Below are positions 8,891-16,776 of a DNA stretch of 32,000 bases, one piece after another. This stretch comes from Promethearchaeota archaeon (GTDB lineage: Archaea; Asgardarchaeota; Hermodarchaeia; Hermodarchaeales; Hermodarchaeaceae). Below the pieces are notes generated by a model. The model worked only from the letters and a program-made list of their open reading frames with translations. It had not been told where the DNA came from and did no database searches. A program made the translations under genes and the position numbers. Each line of letters starts with the position of its first letter. Position 1 is the first letter of the stretch. The stretch is taken from contig JBHLMI010000014.1 in NCBI GenBank assembly GCA_048938295.1, positions 27,185-59,184 on the forward strand, read 5' to 3'.

Positions 8891-9514
8891 TCAGGTTTTA
8901 TGAAATATAATGGCGATGGTTGCTACCCGTTCACCGACGAGTTGGCTGTTGCGGATGGCGATTTCATCTTTGGGGGTTCCTCGCCAGGTAAAACCTTCGG
9001 TTTGTAATCCGGTCATTCCAGCCCAGGCTTCCGTCACGGGATTTCCAACCCCACCGACCACAATCATTCCTTGGCTAAGGGCGTAATTGATAATTGTGCT
9101 TGCTGTGGTTTCTTGGCCACCATGCCGGAGCCCTGCAGCCGTGATGATTCCGACGATTTTGTCGCGGAGTCGATGATCAAGCATTTTGCGGGTCCGCGAG
9201 CGATCGATGAGGTTTTTGAGGAGCCCAGGCACCGTGGAAAAATAGGAGGGGCTGGAAAAAATGATGCCCTGTGTCGCCTCTATCTTGTCAAGTACCTTGG
9301 GAACATCGTCTTTGGCATCTTCCGGGCAAGGTTTTTGTCGAACGCAGTTATCACAGCCGGTACACGGCAAGATGCTGTAGTCCGCAAGACGTATGAGTTC
9401 CGTTTCGACTTTGCCAACGGTTTTTGCTGCAGCCAATGCTTGGGCGAGTAGATATTCGGAGCTCGATTTTTCTTTCTTTGGAGACCCGCAGATCCCTAAT
9501 ACTGTGATTACCAT
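8891..9514 (-). CDS. Iron-sulfur flavoprotein / flavodoxin-like FMN-dependent reductase (Isf-like)
   Basis: GSPKK, compact Cys motif CTGCDNC..QKPCP, SPSYF..VPG.LKNLIDR and GGQE motifs. Start placed at ATG 9514; the ORF track uses GTG 9532. Confidence 0.85.
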   Translation of the reverse strand: MVITVLGICGSPKKEKSSSEYLLAQALAAAKTVGKVETELIRLADYSILPCTGCDNCVRQKPCPEDAKDDVPKVLDKIEATQGIIFSSPSYFSTVPGLLKNLIDRSRTRKMLDHRLRDKIVGIITAAGLRHGGQETTASTIINYALSQGMIVVGGVGNPVTEAWAGMTGLQTEGFTWRGTPKDEIAIRNSQLVGERVATIAIIFHKT

Positions 9515-9618
9515 GATTACACACTTCTGCACTCAGTGGTAGTTCCTATATGAGACTGCCTCAATATGCTTGCGGTATTAGAGCTAAGCCTTACTTATTA
9601 CAAAAAAGTGAGCCTTAT

Positions 9619-10257
9619 CTAACGTTGAGGCTGACGACGAAGGCTTTGCTCAATATGATGAAGATCCGAGGGTGTGTTGACATTTGTGAATGTGAGTAGT
9701 TTGGGATCGAATCGCGCCAAGGCGTTGGTTGAAAGATAGATAACCCGTCCAATATTATTGATTAGACATTGCATCCGAGGTTCCTCGTCTTCGAGACATT
9801 GTGCTGCAACTTCTTGAGCAATCTCGGTTGCAAAGACGGAGTGCAAGGGTTCTATCCACCCGTTAGGCCATCGGGGAACTGCTGCATGATGGTTTTCCAC
9901 TATACTCCACATGATCTCAAAGAACATCTCATGGATTAGTGGAGAGTCACATGGTAGTAGTTGTGTGTATGGGTTCTGAACATGCTCAAAAGCTGTGAGC
10001 GCACCAACTAGTGGACAATGTATGTCACTTGCCATATCGGTGATGATTTGTTCTTTTGGAAAATATGCTGAAAATTGTTCCCGGGCAGTATTAGAATGGA
10101 CGACAATAAAGATTTCATCCGAGTATGCTTCACAGGCATCTACTACGTGGAGAAATAGGGGTTTGCCAGCCACCGAGGCAAGAGCCTTAGAAGGCTTGAA
10201 ACGATTACTTTGACCACCAGCAAGGATAGCAACACTAACAGGTTTCATAGCCATCAC
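9619..10257 (-). CDS. mobA: Molybdenum cofactor guanylyltransferase
   Basis: ILAGGQSNRF..SKA, PLVGALTA, LPCDSP, IEPLHSVF and FTNVNTP motifs. Confidence 0.87.
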   Translation of the reverse strand: MMAMKPVSVAILAGGQSNRFKPSKALASVAGKPLFLHVVDACEAYSDEIFIVVHSNTAREQFSAYFPKEQIITDMASDIHCPLVGALTAFEHVQNPYTQLLPCDSPLIHEMFFEIMWSIVENHHAAVPRWPNGWIEPLHSVFATEIAQEVAAQCLEDEEPRMQCLINNIGRVIYLSTNALARFDPKLLTFTNVNTPSDLHHIEQSLRRQPQR

Positions 10258-10664
10258 TAGTCAATACTTTGTCCAATTAGGTGCGCGGCACCAATTAATC
10301 TCCGCATTTTAAATTTACTGATTAGCTTACTTAAAATCCAAATCGAAAATAAATATGAATGGAGTGGTCTCCCCTCCATGCTTATCTTAACATGCGCCTA
10401 AGCGCCTATAAAGCAAGAAATAGAGGCTTCTTAACTGTCTAATTCAGTATTATTCTAATTATTTCATATATTTCGAGAAAAAACTGGTAGAAACATGGCA
10501 AATCAGTAAAAAGAGGCTTTTAGAGCTTTCTTACGTAAATCTATCCAAGCATGTCTAGAAAATATAACAATAAAATAGTACTTCGAAGCATAAAAGTCGC
10601 CTATAAACCATAATTCAACCTAGTCGACGTATGACGACAAAACATGATTGTTTGAGGTCTGTTT
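10258..10664. promoter_or_regulatory. AT-rich 407-bp divergent intergenic region with repeated motifs
   Basis: CGCCTATAAA at 10403-10412 and 10598-10607. AGAGGCTT at 10422-10429 and 10512-10519. Tandem GCGCCTA at 10394 and 10402. GAGGT lies 6 nt before ATG 10665. Confidence 0.5.
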
Positions 10665-12062
10665 ATGGCAATTACTTCCGAGGAACCTTTAGAAAATTTG
10701 GAGAAACGCATTCTAGCACGTTTAGATATCGCCGATCAGAGTGATATGAAGAACCTGATACGAAATGTGATTCTATTCATTAAGCGTATTCATGGCGAAT
10801 TGCTAAGCGATGTTGAAAAGAAATTCCCTCCTCATTTTCAGTTTTCACATATACAAACCTCAGGAGGGCAAAACACGGCAAAGGCCTTGTATCACCGCTT
10901 ACAACTAATCGATAGGTATCAGCTAGATAAGCCTGCGTTAATTGAGGACGTTTTAACCAACAATCTTCCCATAGGGAGTGAAGTACCTTTATCGGCGCGA
11001 AAGGCCCAGATTCTTTGGCAGTTGAACCATGATCCAACCCTCCCAAAATACAAGCTGGCAAAGAAGGTGGGAACAACACCTAGGACGATATCAAAGGATT
11101 TAGCGGAATTGGAACAAAATTATGCGTTTCGGATTTACACTTCCGTAGATCCGCATCGATTTCACCTGATTATGAAGATGATTTTTTTTAAAACAAAATC
11201 AATTGAACACACTAAGAAATTTGAGAGGTATGTAACAAGACACCGGGGGTTTCTTCGGACATATCGGATTGACCAGGATATGCAGAGAGGGGCCATCATT
11301 TTTCGGTATCCTAACCAACATAGAGCGCATAGAATGTTTGACGAGCGGGTTCGCTGGCTTCAAGACGAGTTCTTTACCGAATGCAATCTTGTCCAGGCCC
11401 TCGGATTGCACCAATCAGTTTCCCTTGAAATGTATAATCCTTCAACGCATACATTTTCGATTGAGCCAGAAATAGTTTCTCAGGTTCCTTTTGATTACGG
11501 TAGCAGTTCTTTGGACACACTACCTCAGCCACGAGGATTTGACTTCATGGAACCATTTTGGTTTGACCAGGCAGATTTTCTCATAGTTGACATGTTGTAT
11601 TCATCTGGATTATTTAGTCATCCAGATTACAAACAAAGTCTTTTGAAGCGGTATGGCATCAATTACTCGAAGAAATCGATTTGGAAGAAAGAACAGCGCC
11701 TTCGGAAAGAAAAGGCGGGTTTCCCGACAATTGGATTACAAATCCCGGCTTTTGATGAGGAGCTGGTTATCGTCGTTTTCTGCACCTTAAGTGCTACTTT
11801 ATCGATTCAGGCGATTTCAGCATTCCTTCCCTTTGTGATGATTGTCAAAACGGATTCTGGATGTGTGCTACGAATCCAGCGCCCGGTTCACTCCGCAACT
11901 CTTACGGCTCAATTAATCCGTAAAATCCATCGTCAAATAGGAGTAACTGAGGTGAAATTGTTGCGATATCCTGATAGATTGCCAAGTCAGTATTTTCCTG
12001 GGATGGTTGAGCGCTGGAATACGGCAAACCAGAAATGGGAAATTCAGGTTGGAGACATTTAG
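10665..12062 (+). CDS. Large putative transcriptional regulator, paralogue 1 (N-terminal helical domain plus two winged-HTH / Lrp-AsnC-like modules)
   Basis: First HTH: LSARKAQILWQLNHDPTLPKYKLAKKVGTTPRTISKDLAEL. Second HTH-like segment: DQADFLIVDML...YGINYSKKSIWKKEQRL. Clear similarity to the ORFs at 12082 and 17203. Confidence 0.7.
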   Translation: MAITSEEPLENLEKRILARLDIADQSDMKNLIRNVILFIKRIHGELLSDVEKKFPPHFQFSHIQTSGGQNTAKALYHRLQLIDRYQLDKPALIEDVLTNNLPIGSEVPLSARKAQILWQLNHDPTLPKYKLAKKVGTTPRTISKDLAELEQNYAFRIYTSVDPHRFHLIMKMIFFKTKSIEHTKKFERYVTRHRGFLRTYRIDQDMQRGAIIFRYPNQHRAHRMFDERVRWLQDEFFTECNLVQALGLHQSVSLEMYNPSTHTFSIEPEIVSQVPFDYGSSSLDTLPQPRGFDFMEPFWFDQADFLIVDMLYSSGLFSHPDYKQSLLKRYGINYSKKSIWKKEQRLRKEKAGFPTIGLQIPAFDEELVIVVFCTLSATLSIQAISAFLPFVMIVKTDSGCVLRIQRPVHSATLTAQLIRKIHRQIGVTEVKLLRYPDRLPSQYFPGMVERWNTANQKWEIQVGDI

Positions 12063-12081
12063 GAAAGGAGAAGAATCAAGA

Positions 12082-13512
12082 ATGACCCAAAAAGAGGGAA
12101 GTTGCATCTCAAAGGATTGGGAAACTCCCATTGATGCGAAGCGGATTGAGGACATTATCGCCCGTTCTGAACCTGTTGAAGATCAAGAAGATTTGCGATC
12201 CTTTCTCACAAACGTGTGTCTATTTCTCAAACGTGTAGATGGCGTTGACCTTACAGAGGAAGAAAAGATGTATCCGTCACATTCACAGTTTTCGCACCTA
12301 ACCTTCCGTAAAGATCGGAGCACTGCCGAGGGTTTGAAATATCGACTTCAAATTATCGACCGTTATCAAATTACAAACGCCCAACAAATAATCAACATCA
12401 TTGCCTCCACTGCTGTATCAACTCCAGAGGGGCGACTAACTCCACGACAGACTCACCTTATCAAAGAACTACACAAAAGCCCTGAGTTGACCCAATATGA
12501 ACTCGCTGAAAGACTTTCAACCACGCCTCAGGTCATTCGGACTGAGTTAACACAACTACGTCAGTCATTTTCTTTAGCTGTCGTCTATAATCTAGATTTC
12601 GGAAAATTCCGACTAGCATTATATGAGATTGATTTCCAAACGCGTTCTCTTGACGCCTCAGAAGAGATGGAAAGGCATTTTCGGCGAAACCCGCCAGTAT
12701 TCCTTCGTCGGATAAACTTCGACCATAATTATCGTGATGGATTCTTACATTTTTCAATACCCGACCAACCCTCCGGTCGTGAGATGCTTACTCAACGCAT
12801 AAACTGGCTTAATTCAAACTTCCTTGAGAAATCAACTTATTTTCGAATGCAGAGTTTTCGTATTGATATCTCCTTTGAAAATTATGACATAGCTACCGGA
12901 AATTGGATGCTGAATAGTGACTCATTCTCCGTTGGAATGCTCCGATTCATTTCCAACACTGATCATGAGCATTTGCCACCGCGAAAACATGTGTATTCTG
13001 AGCCAATACGATTTGACAGAATTGATTACATCCTTGCATCAACGCCCTATGTCTTTGGAGAAAAGCAGCACACAGAAATTTGCCAGAAAGTTTTGGAACG
13101 ACATGGATACTCAATTTCTAAGAAGACGATTTGGAACCGTCAAAAGAAACTCATGCAAGCAGGTGCATACTATCCTTCAGTTTGGTATGATACTCCAGAA
13201 TTAGAGGAGCTAGTAAAATTCAGCATTGAATGTTCATCTAAGGCCTTAGAACCTATTTATCGATTAATCTCAATTCTGCCTTATACTTTTTCTGTAGAAA
13301 CGGATACAGGGCTGACCTTTTCGTTCCATCGACCTAGTCGTTGTTCTTCCATAACAGGACTTTTGGCACAAGCCTTTGAACAGATTGATGGTGTCTCAGA
13401 TGTAAGCATTTTCCGCTATGAGCCTACTTTTAGCCCTCAATTGTTTACTCAAACGGCGGATAGATGGGACGAGAGCCGTCAACGCTGGCTCCCCCGAAAA
13501 GGCGACATCTAA
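12082..13512 (+). CDS. Large putative transcriptional regulator, paralogue 2
   Basis: HTH: LTPRQTHLIKELHKSPELTQYELAERLSTTPQVIRTELTQL. Second module: DRIDYIL...HGYSISKKTIWNRQKKL. Start moved to ATG 12082 (GGAG 11 nt upstream, 19 nt after the paralogue 1 stop). Confidence 0.72.
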   Translation: MTQKEGSCISKDWETPIDAKRIEDIIARSEPVEDQEDLRSFLTNVCLFLKRVDGVDLTEEEKMYPSHSQFSHLTFRKDRSTAEGLKYRLQIIDRYQITNAQQIINIIASTAVSTPEGRLTPRQTHLIKELHKSPELTQYELAERLSTTPQVIRTELTQLRQSFSLAVVYNLDFGKFRLALYEIDFQTRSLDASEEMERHFRRNPPVFLRRINFDHNYRDGFLHFSIPDQPSGREMLTQRINWLNSNFLEKSTYFRMQSFRIDISFENYDIATGNWMLNSDSFSVGMLRFISNTDHEHLPPRKHVYSEPIRFDRIDYILASTPYVFGEKQHTEICQKVLERHGYSISKKTIWNRQKKLMQAGAYYPSVWYDTPELEELVKFSIECSSKALEPIYRLISILPYTFSVETDTGLTFSFHRPSRCSSITGLLAQAFEQIDGVSDVSIFRYEPTFSPQLFTQTADRWDESRQRWLPRKGDI

Positions 13513-13518
13513 GCCATA

Positions 13519-14421
13519 TTATTTACTCGCGTGGGCGTGGATTATTGAATAGAAGTGATCCACCAGTTGTTCTGCGATGTTAATATCAGTAACCTGCTGT
13601 AATCCTTGCCAACCACTGCTGCTGTTGACTTCGGTTACGATAAGCCCTTTTTCTGTTTCCAAGATGTCAACGCCTGTGTATTCAAGGTCTATAGTTTCAG
13701 CGCATTTCGTTGCAAGTTCTGATAATTCAGATGTAAGGCGACAAGGTTGGGGCTGAGCACCTTGTCGGAGAGCAGTTTTCCAAGTATCACCCAGTCGGGT
13801 CATTGCAGCGATAGCTTTCTTACCGATTACGAAGACCCGGATATCGCGATTTCCATGTTCGAGGAATTCTTGAAGGTACATGACGTAATGACTCGCTTCA
13901 AGTGCACGAAACACTCGTCTAGCGATTTCGTGGTCTGAAATACGGGTCATGCCCACACCCCCTGATCCGAAAAGGGGTTTGACTACGACATCTTTGTATC
14001 TTCGAAATGCACGGAGAGCATCACCTGTATATTGGGTTACTGTTGTACGGGGCACAGGGACACCTGCTAATTCTAAGAGGCGTAGGGTGTAGTATTTGTC
14101 CACAGCTTTTTCGATTGCATGTGGACGATTCATAAAGGGAATACCAAGTCGTTCAAGACAATGAAGGGCGTCCATCCGCAAAATAACTTGTTCGAGTGAG
14201 CCACCCGGAACGGCCCGGGTGAATACCCCTTCAAGATTTGTTAAATCCTCTTTTTTGTATTGCACTCGTGGGCTGTTTCCTCCAACACGGACAACGGTTT
14301 CGGTGAGATCAAATACGACACATTCTACATCTCGTTGTTCAATCTCTTTTACGACCTGACTTGTCTCCCAACCTTCAGGTTCAGCTGAGGCGACTCCTAC
14401 TCGGTGAATCTCTTTGCCCAT
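13519..14421 (-). CDS. RimK-family ATP-grasp alpha-L-glutamate ligase (MptN/CofF-like)
   Basis: GGSLEQVILRMDALH, DKYYT, VVKPLFGSGGVG, LQEFL, DIRVFV and GVDIL...EVNSS motifs. Directly downstream of cofE. Confidence 0.82.
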   Translation of the reverse strand: MGKEIHRVGVASAEPEGWETSQVVKEIEQRDVECVVFDLTETVVRVGGNSPRVQYKKEDLTNLEGVFTRAVPGGSLEQVILRMDALHCLERLGIPFMNRPHAIEKAVDKYYTLRLLELAGVPVPRTTVTQYTGDALRAFRRYKDVVVKPLFGSGGVGMTRISDHEIARRVFRALEASHYVMYLQEFLEHGNRDIRVFVIGKKAIAAMTRLGDTWKTALRQGAQPQPCRLTSELSELATKCAETIDLEYTGVDILETEKGLIVTEVNSSSGWQGLQQVTDINIAEQLVDHFYSIIHAHASK

Positions 14422-14427
14422 CTCGTT

Positions 14428-15210
14428 TCACCGTCGAAAAATATCTCGTTGTGCATCCCGAATAAGCATCTCAGCCGAGCCCTCACCCTTCTCATATTGG
14501 TATCCACGAATCACAACGGCGGCGTTTCCTTCATCGGCTTCACCCATTATTAACTCAGCAGCCGAAGCGAGTTCATCAGCAATAGCAACTTTAGTTGTTC
14601 GTAACTCATACCCGAAGAGATCGGTCAATCCAATGTAACTCTTAACGGGAATAAAGCCTGCGACCCCAATTGCAACATTAATTGCCCCTTCACGGAATGG
14701 TCGTCCATGCGTATCGGAAATAATGACCACGACATCAATCCCGAATTGGACCTTGATGGTTTCTCGGATCTGTTCCGCAGAATGATTCGGATCTTCAGGT
14801 AGTAGAGTCACACACTCATCCTCTGGTACATTGGAAGCATCGACTCCTGCATTTGCACAGACATATCCATGTGGTGTCTCAACGATGAGATGGCCCTGCT
14901 CTGCCCGCACCACTTGCTTTGAAGCTTGAAGAATCACTTCCACAAGCTTAGGTTCTTTACCGAGTTGTTGGGCTAAGGCTTTCGCCTTAGGAGAAGGAGT
15001 AATGTCTGAGAGTGCAACAGTTCGACCTTCGGCTCGAGAAATGATGGTTTGTGCGATAACTAAGACATCTCCGTTTTGTAGCGGAAATCCGCTCTTTTGA
15101 CTAGCTTCACAAATGTGGATGCCTACATCATCACCTTTCCGGATTATCCCTAGCCCAGGTAATGCATGAACAGAATACGATGGGGAAGGAGTGACTTTGG
15201 ATGGTGACAT
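14428..15210 (-). CDS. cofE: Coenzyme F420-0:L-glutamate ligase
   Basis: GDVLVIAQTIISRAEGR, CANAGVDASN, LLPEDP..SA, ISDTHGRPFREG and DELASAAELIMGE motifs. Confidence 0.92.
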   Translation of the reverse strand: MSPSKVTPSPSYSVHALPGLGIIRKGDDVGIHICEASQKSGFPLQNGDVLVIAQTIISRAEGRTVALSDITPSPKAKALAQQLGKEPKLVEVILQASKQVVRAEQGHLIVETPHGYVCANAGVDASNVPEDECVTLLPEDPNHSAEQIRETIKVQFGIDVVVIISDTHGRPFREGAINVAIGVAGFIPVKSYIGLTDLFGYELRTTKVAIADELASAAELIMGEADEGNAAVVIRGYQYEKGEGSAEMLIRDAQRDIFRR

Positions 15211-15239
15211 ATTCGGGTCTGTCGGGATTCCGTACTACC

Positions 15240-15292
15240 AGCTTAAGAGTTTGCCGACTTGGAAGTTAACAAAGGAAGGAAAGTTATAAAGA
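15240..15292. promoter_or_regulatory. Back-to-back archaeal promoters for cofE (minus strand) and gelsolin (plus strand)
   Basis: Plus strand: BRE-like GGAAAG at 15278-15283 followed by TTATAAA at 15284-15290. Minus strand: GGCAAACTCTTAAG about 33 nt before the cofE ATG. Confidence 0.6.
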
Positions 15293-15348
15293 CGAGAACC
15301 ACTTCAGCAGTCCTAACATTGACCCATACTTACTTGAGTGCTTAGAGC

Positions 15349-15966
15349 GTGGAAGACATGGCTAAGAAATTCATCAAATACCATATTCAAAAAGATCAAC
15401 TAGTCCGGGTTCCACAAGAATATCTGAAAGAATTTGGAACCGGTGATGTATACCTGATTGATACAGGTCCTATTATCTATTCATGGGCGGGTAAGAAATC
15501 CACTCTAGATGAACGGTTCATTGGTGCCATTACCTCCGTATGGACTGATCAAGATCGGAAGGGAGCTGTAAAACTAGTCACTGTAAACGAAGGCGAGGAG
15601 CCCAAAGAGTTTTTGAACCTCTTCGATGGCAAGATTAAAGTTACCGAGCAAGACACAGAAGGAATCCTGAAACGCGTAGCCCTCAAAAATCACGAGTTCA
15701 AGCTCTTCCGAGTTCACATCGAAGAAGAGCTAAACATGTATTATGAGGTCGAATGCTCCAAAGACTCCCTCGCTTCAGATGATGTCTTTTTACTGGACAC
15801 GTATAATACTATCTACATCTGGCGAGGACAAAAATCGACGGCTTTCGAACGCTGGGAAGCAATGCGAATTGCCGAAGGATATGATGCCCAACGCTCAGGT
15901 CACCAAGAGGTGATCATCGTCGAAGAGGGCGAAGAACCCGAAGAATTCTTCAAACTCCTCAAATAA
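15349..15966 (+). CDS. Two-domain gelsolin (Asgard 2DGel-type actin regulator)
   Basis: Two gelsolin repeats: GDVYLIDTGPIIYSWAGKKS..DER...EGEEPKEFLNLF and DDVFLLDTYNTIYIWRGQKS..FER...EEGEEPEEFFKLL. They are joined by EQDTEGILKRV (WH2-like LKRV motif). Start may be GTG 15349 or ATG 15358. Confidence 0.9.
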   Translation: MEDMAKKFIKYHIQKDQLVRVPQEYLKEFGTGDVYLIDTGPIIYSWAGKKSTLDERFIGAITSVWTDQDRKGAVKLVTVNEGEEPKEFLNLFDGKIKVTEQDTEGILKRVALKNHEFKLFRVHIEEELNMYYEVECSKDSLASDDVFLLDTYNTIYIWRGQKSTAFERWEAMRIAEGYDAQRSGHQEVIIVEEGEEPEEFFKLLK

Positions 15967-15989
15967 CCTGAATGGCAAGAATAGAAGTG

Positions 15990-16079
15990 GAGCCCAAGAA
16001 GGGGGGAAGAAACCCTTTTCGTTTAATTTAATCATAGACCCTCAAAGCCCTTCTTGGTTCGTTCCCGCTGGTCTTTTTT
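15990..16079 (+). terminator. 3' structure and oligo-T tract after the gelsolin gene
   Basis: CCAAGAAGGG (15994-16003) is complementary to CCCTTCTTGG (16048-16057). A TCTTTTTTG tract follows at about 16072-16080. Confidence 0.45.
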
Positions 16080-16105
16080 GCTTGATCTCGATATCACCTG
16101 TCAAC

Positions 16106-16163
16106 CCAGTTGAGCTCTGGCCCAGTGCAGGCGAGAGACACTGGGCCGGAGCCATGTGACTGG
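16106..16163. other. Strong GC-rich stem-loop between convergent genes
   Basis: 14-bp stem 16114-16127 / 16139-16152 (13 Watson-Crick pairs plus 1 G-U on the plus strand) with an 11-nt loop. A basal helix CCAGT 16106-16110 / ACTGG 16159-16163 extends it. Confidence 0.7.
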
Positions 16164-16511
16164 TTAAGTGGCTTCATCGAGGACTAAGCTAACGAATTTC
16201 CCCAATCGACCTGTGTGTTCGATGGCCTTGATAATGCGGGCCTCGTGCGATGCTTTTTTCACGAGCAGATGATTCTCGCGAACAACGGCGAGTTCCGTAA
16301 GAAGGTCAAAGAGTCGACGCAGTTCCATTCGATCGACTTGCTGAGAAAGGCGTTCCAGGAGGCGGAACACGTCATTCATCTCAACCTTCTTGAGTTGGTC
16401 GAAGTTGTCCGTGACATCTTGCGACCGCAAATAGGATCGGGCCAAGCGTACAATTGGGTCGCTTGTGTCTTCTGTCCCTGTGGTCACGGCAATTCCCCTC
16501 AGAGTCGCCAT
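16164..16511 (-). CDS. Hypothetical all-alpha protein, 115 aa (possible death-fold/EAD-like domain)
   Basis: Start moved to ATG 16511, 1 nt after the upstream TAG, with GGGGGTG upstream. The sequence shows amphipathic helical periodicity. The CDS is well supported; the fold is a guess. Confidence 0.65.
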   Translation of the reverse strand: MATLRGIAVTTGTEDTSDPIVRLARSYLRSQDVTDNFDQLKKVEMNDVFRLLERLSQQVDRMELRRLFDLLTELAVVRENHLLVKKASHEARIIKAIEHTGRLGKFVSLVLDEAT

Positions 16512-16512
16512 G

Positions 16513-16776
16513 CTAAGCACCCCCAATGCTGGCGACGCTTGAGACTTCATGACCAGTCGGTTCAACGCGGACGCGAACTCCACCAGGAGTTGCCTCGACG
16601 ATGATCCGACCCTTTAGGCCGGTGGTATCCTTGACTAATTCTAATAGCAAGGTACCAATCGCTCCGATTTCTCGGAGGTCTTCACACCTCGTTTTCGGGG
16701 TGATGTTGATATCGATTGGATAGGCATCATTGATGCCAATCATTCGCTGGGTTTCTTCCATCAGTTCTGTAGCCAC
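16513..16776 (-). CDS. Hypothetical alpha/beta protein, about 87 aa (possible TRADD-N-like topology)
   Basis: GTG 16776 with AGGTGGAG upstream; alternative start is ATG 16761. MATELMEETQRMIGINDAYPIDINITPKTRCEDLREIGAIGTLLLELVKDTTGLKGRIIVEATPGGVRVRVEPTGHEVSSVASIGGA. Abuts the downstream ORF. Confidence 0.6.
   Translation of the reverse strand: MATELMEETQRMIGINDAYPIDINITPKTRCEDLREIGAIGTLLLELVKDTTGLKGRIIVEATPGGVRVRVEPTGHEVSSVASIGGA

Noticed and set aside
16103-16165. SECIS-like element (a TGA sits at the base of the long stem)
   Set aside because: There is no matching NGAN on the 3' side of the helix and no apical AA motif, and no nearby gene has an in-frame UGA.
16215-16604. Plus-strand 129-aa ORF over the orphan operon
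   Set aside because: It has no SD. The minus-strand frames show coupling, SDs and more protein-like periodicity, although strand choice for orphans is not fully certain.
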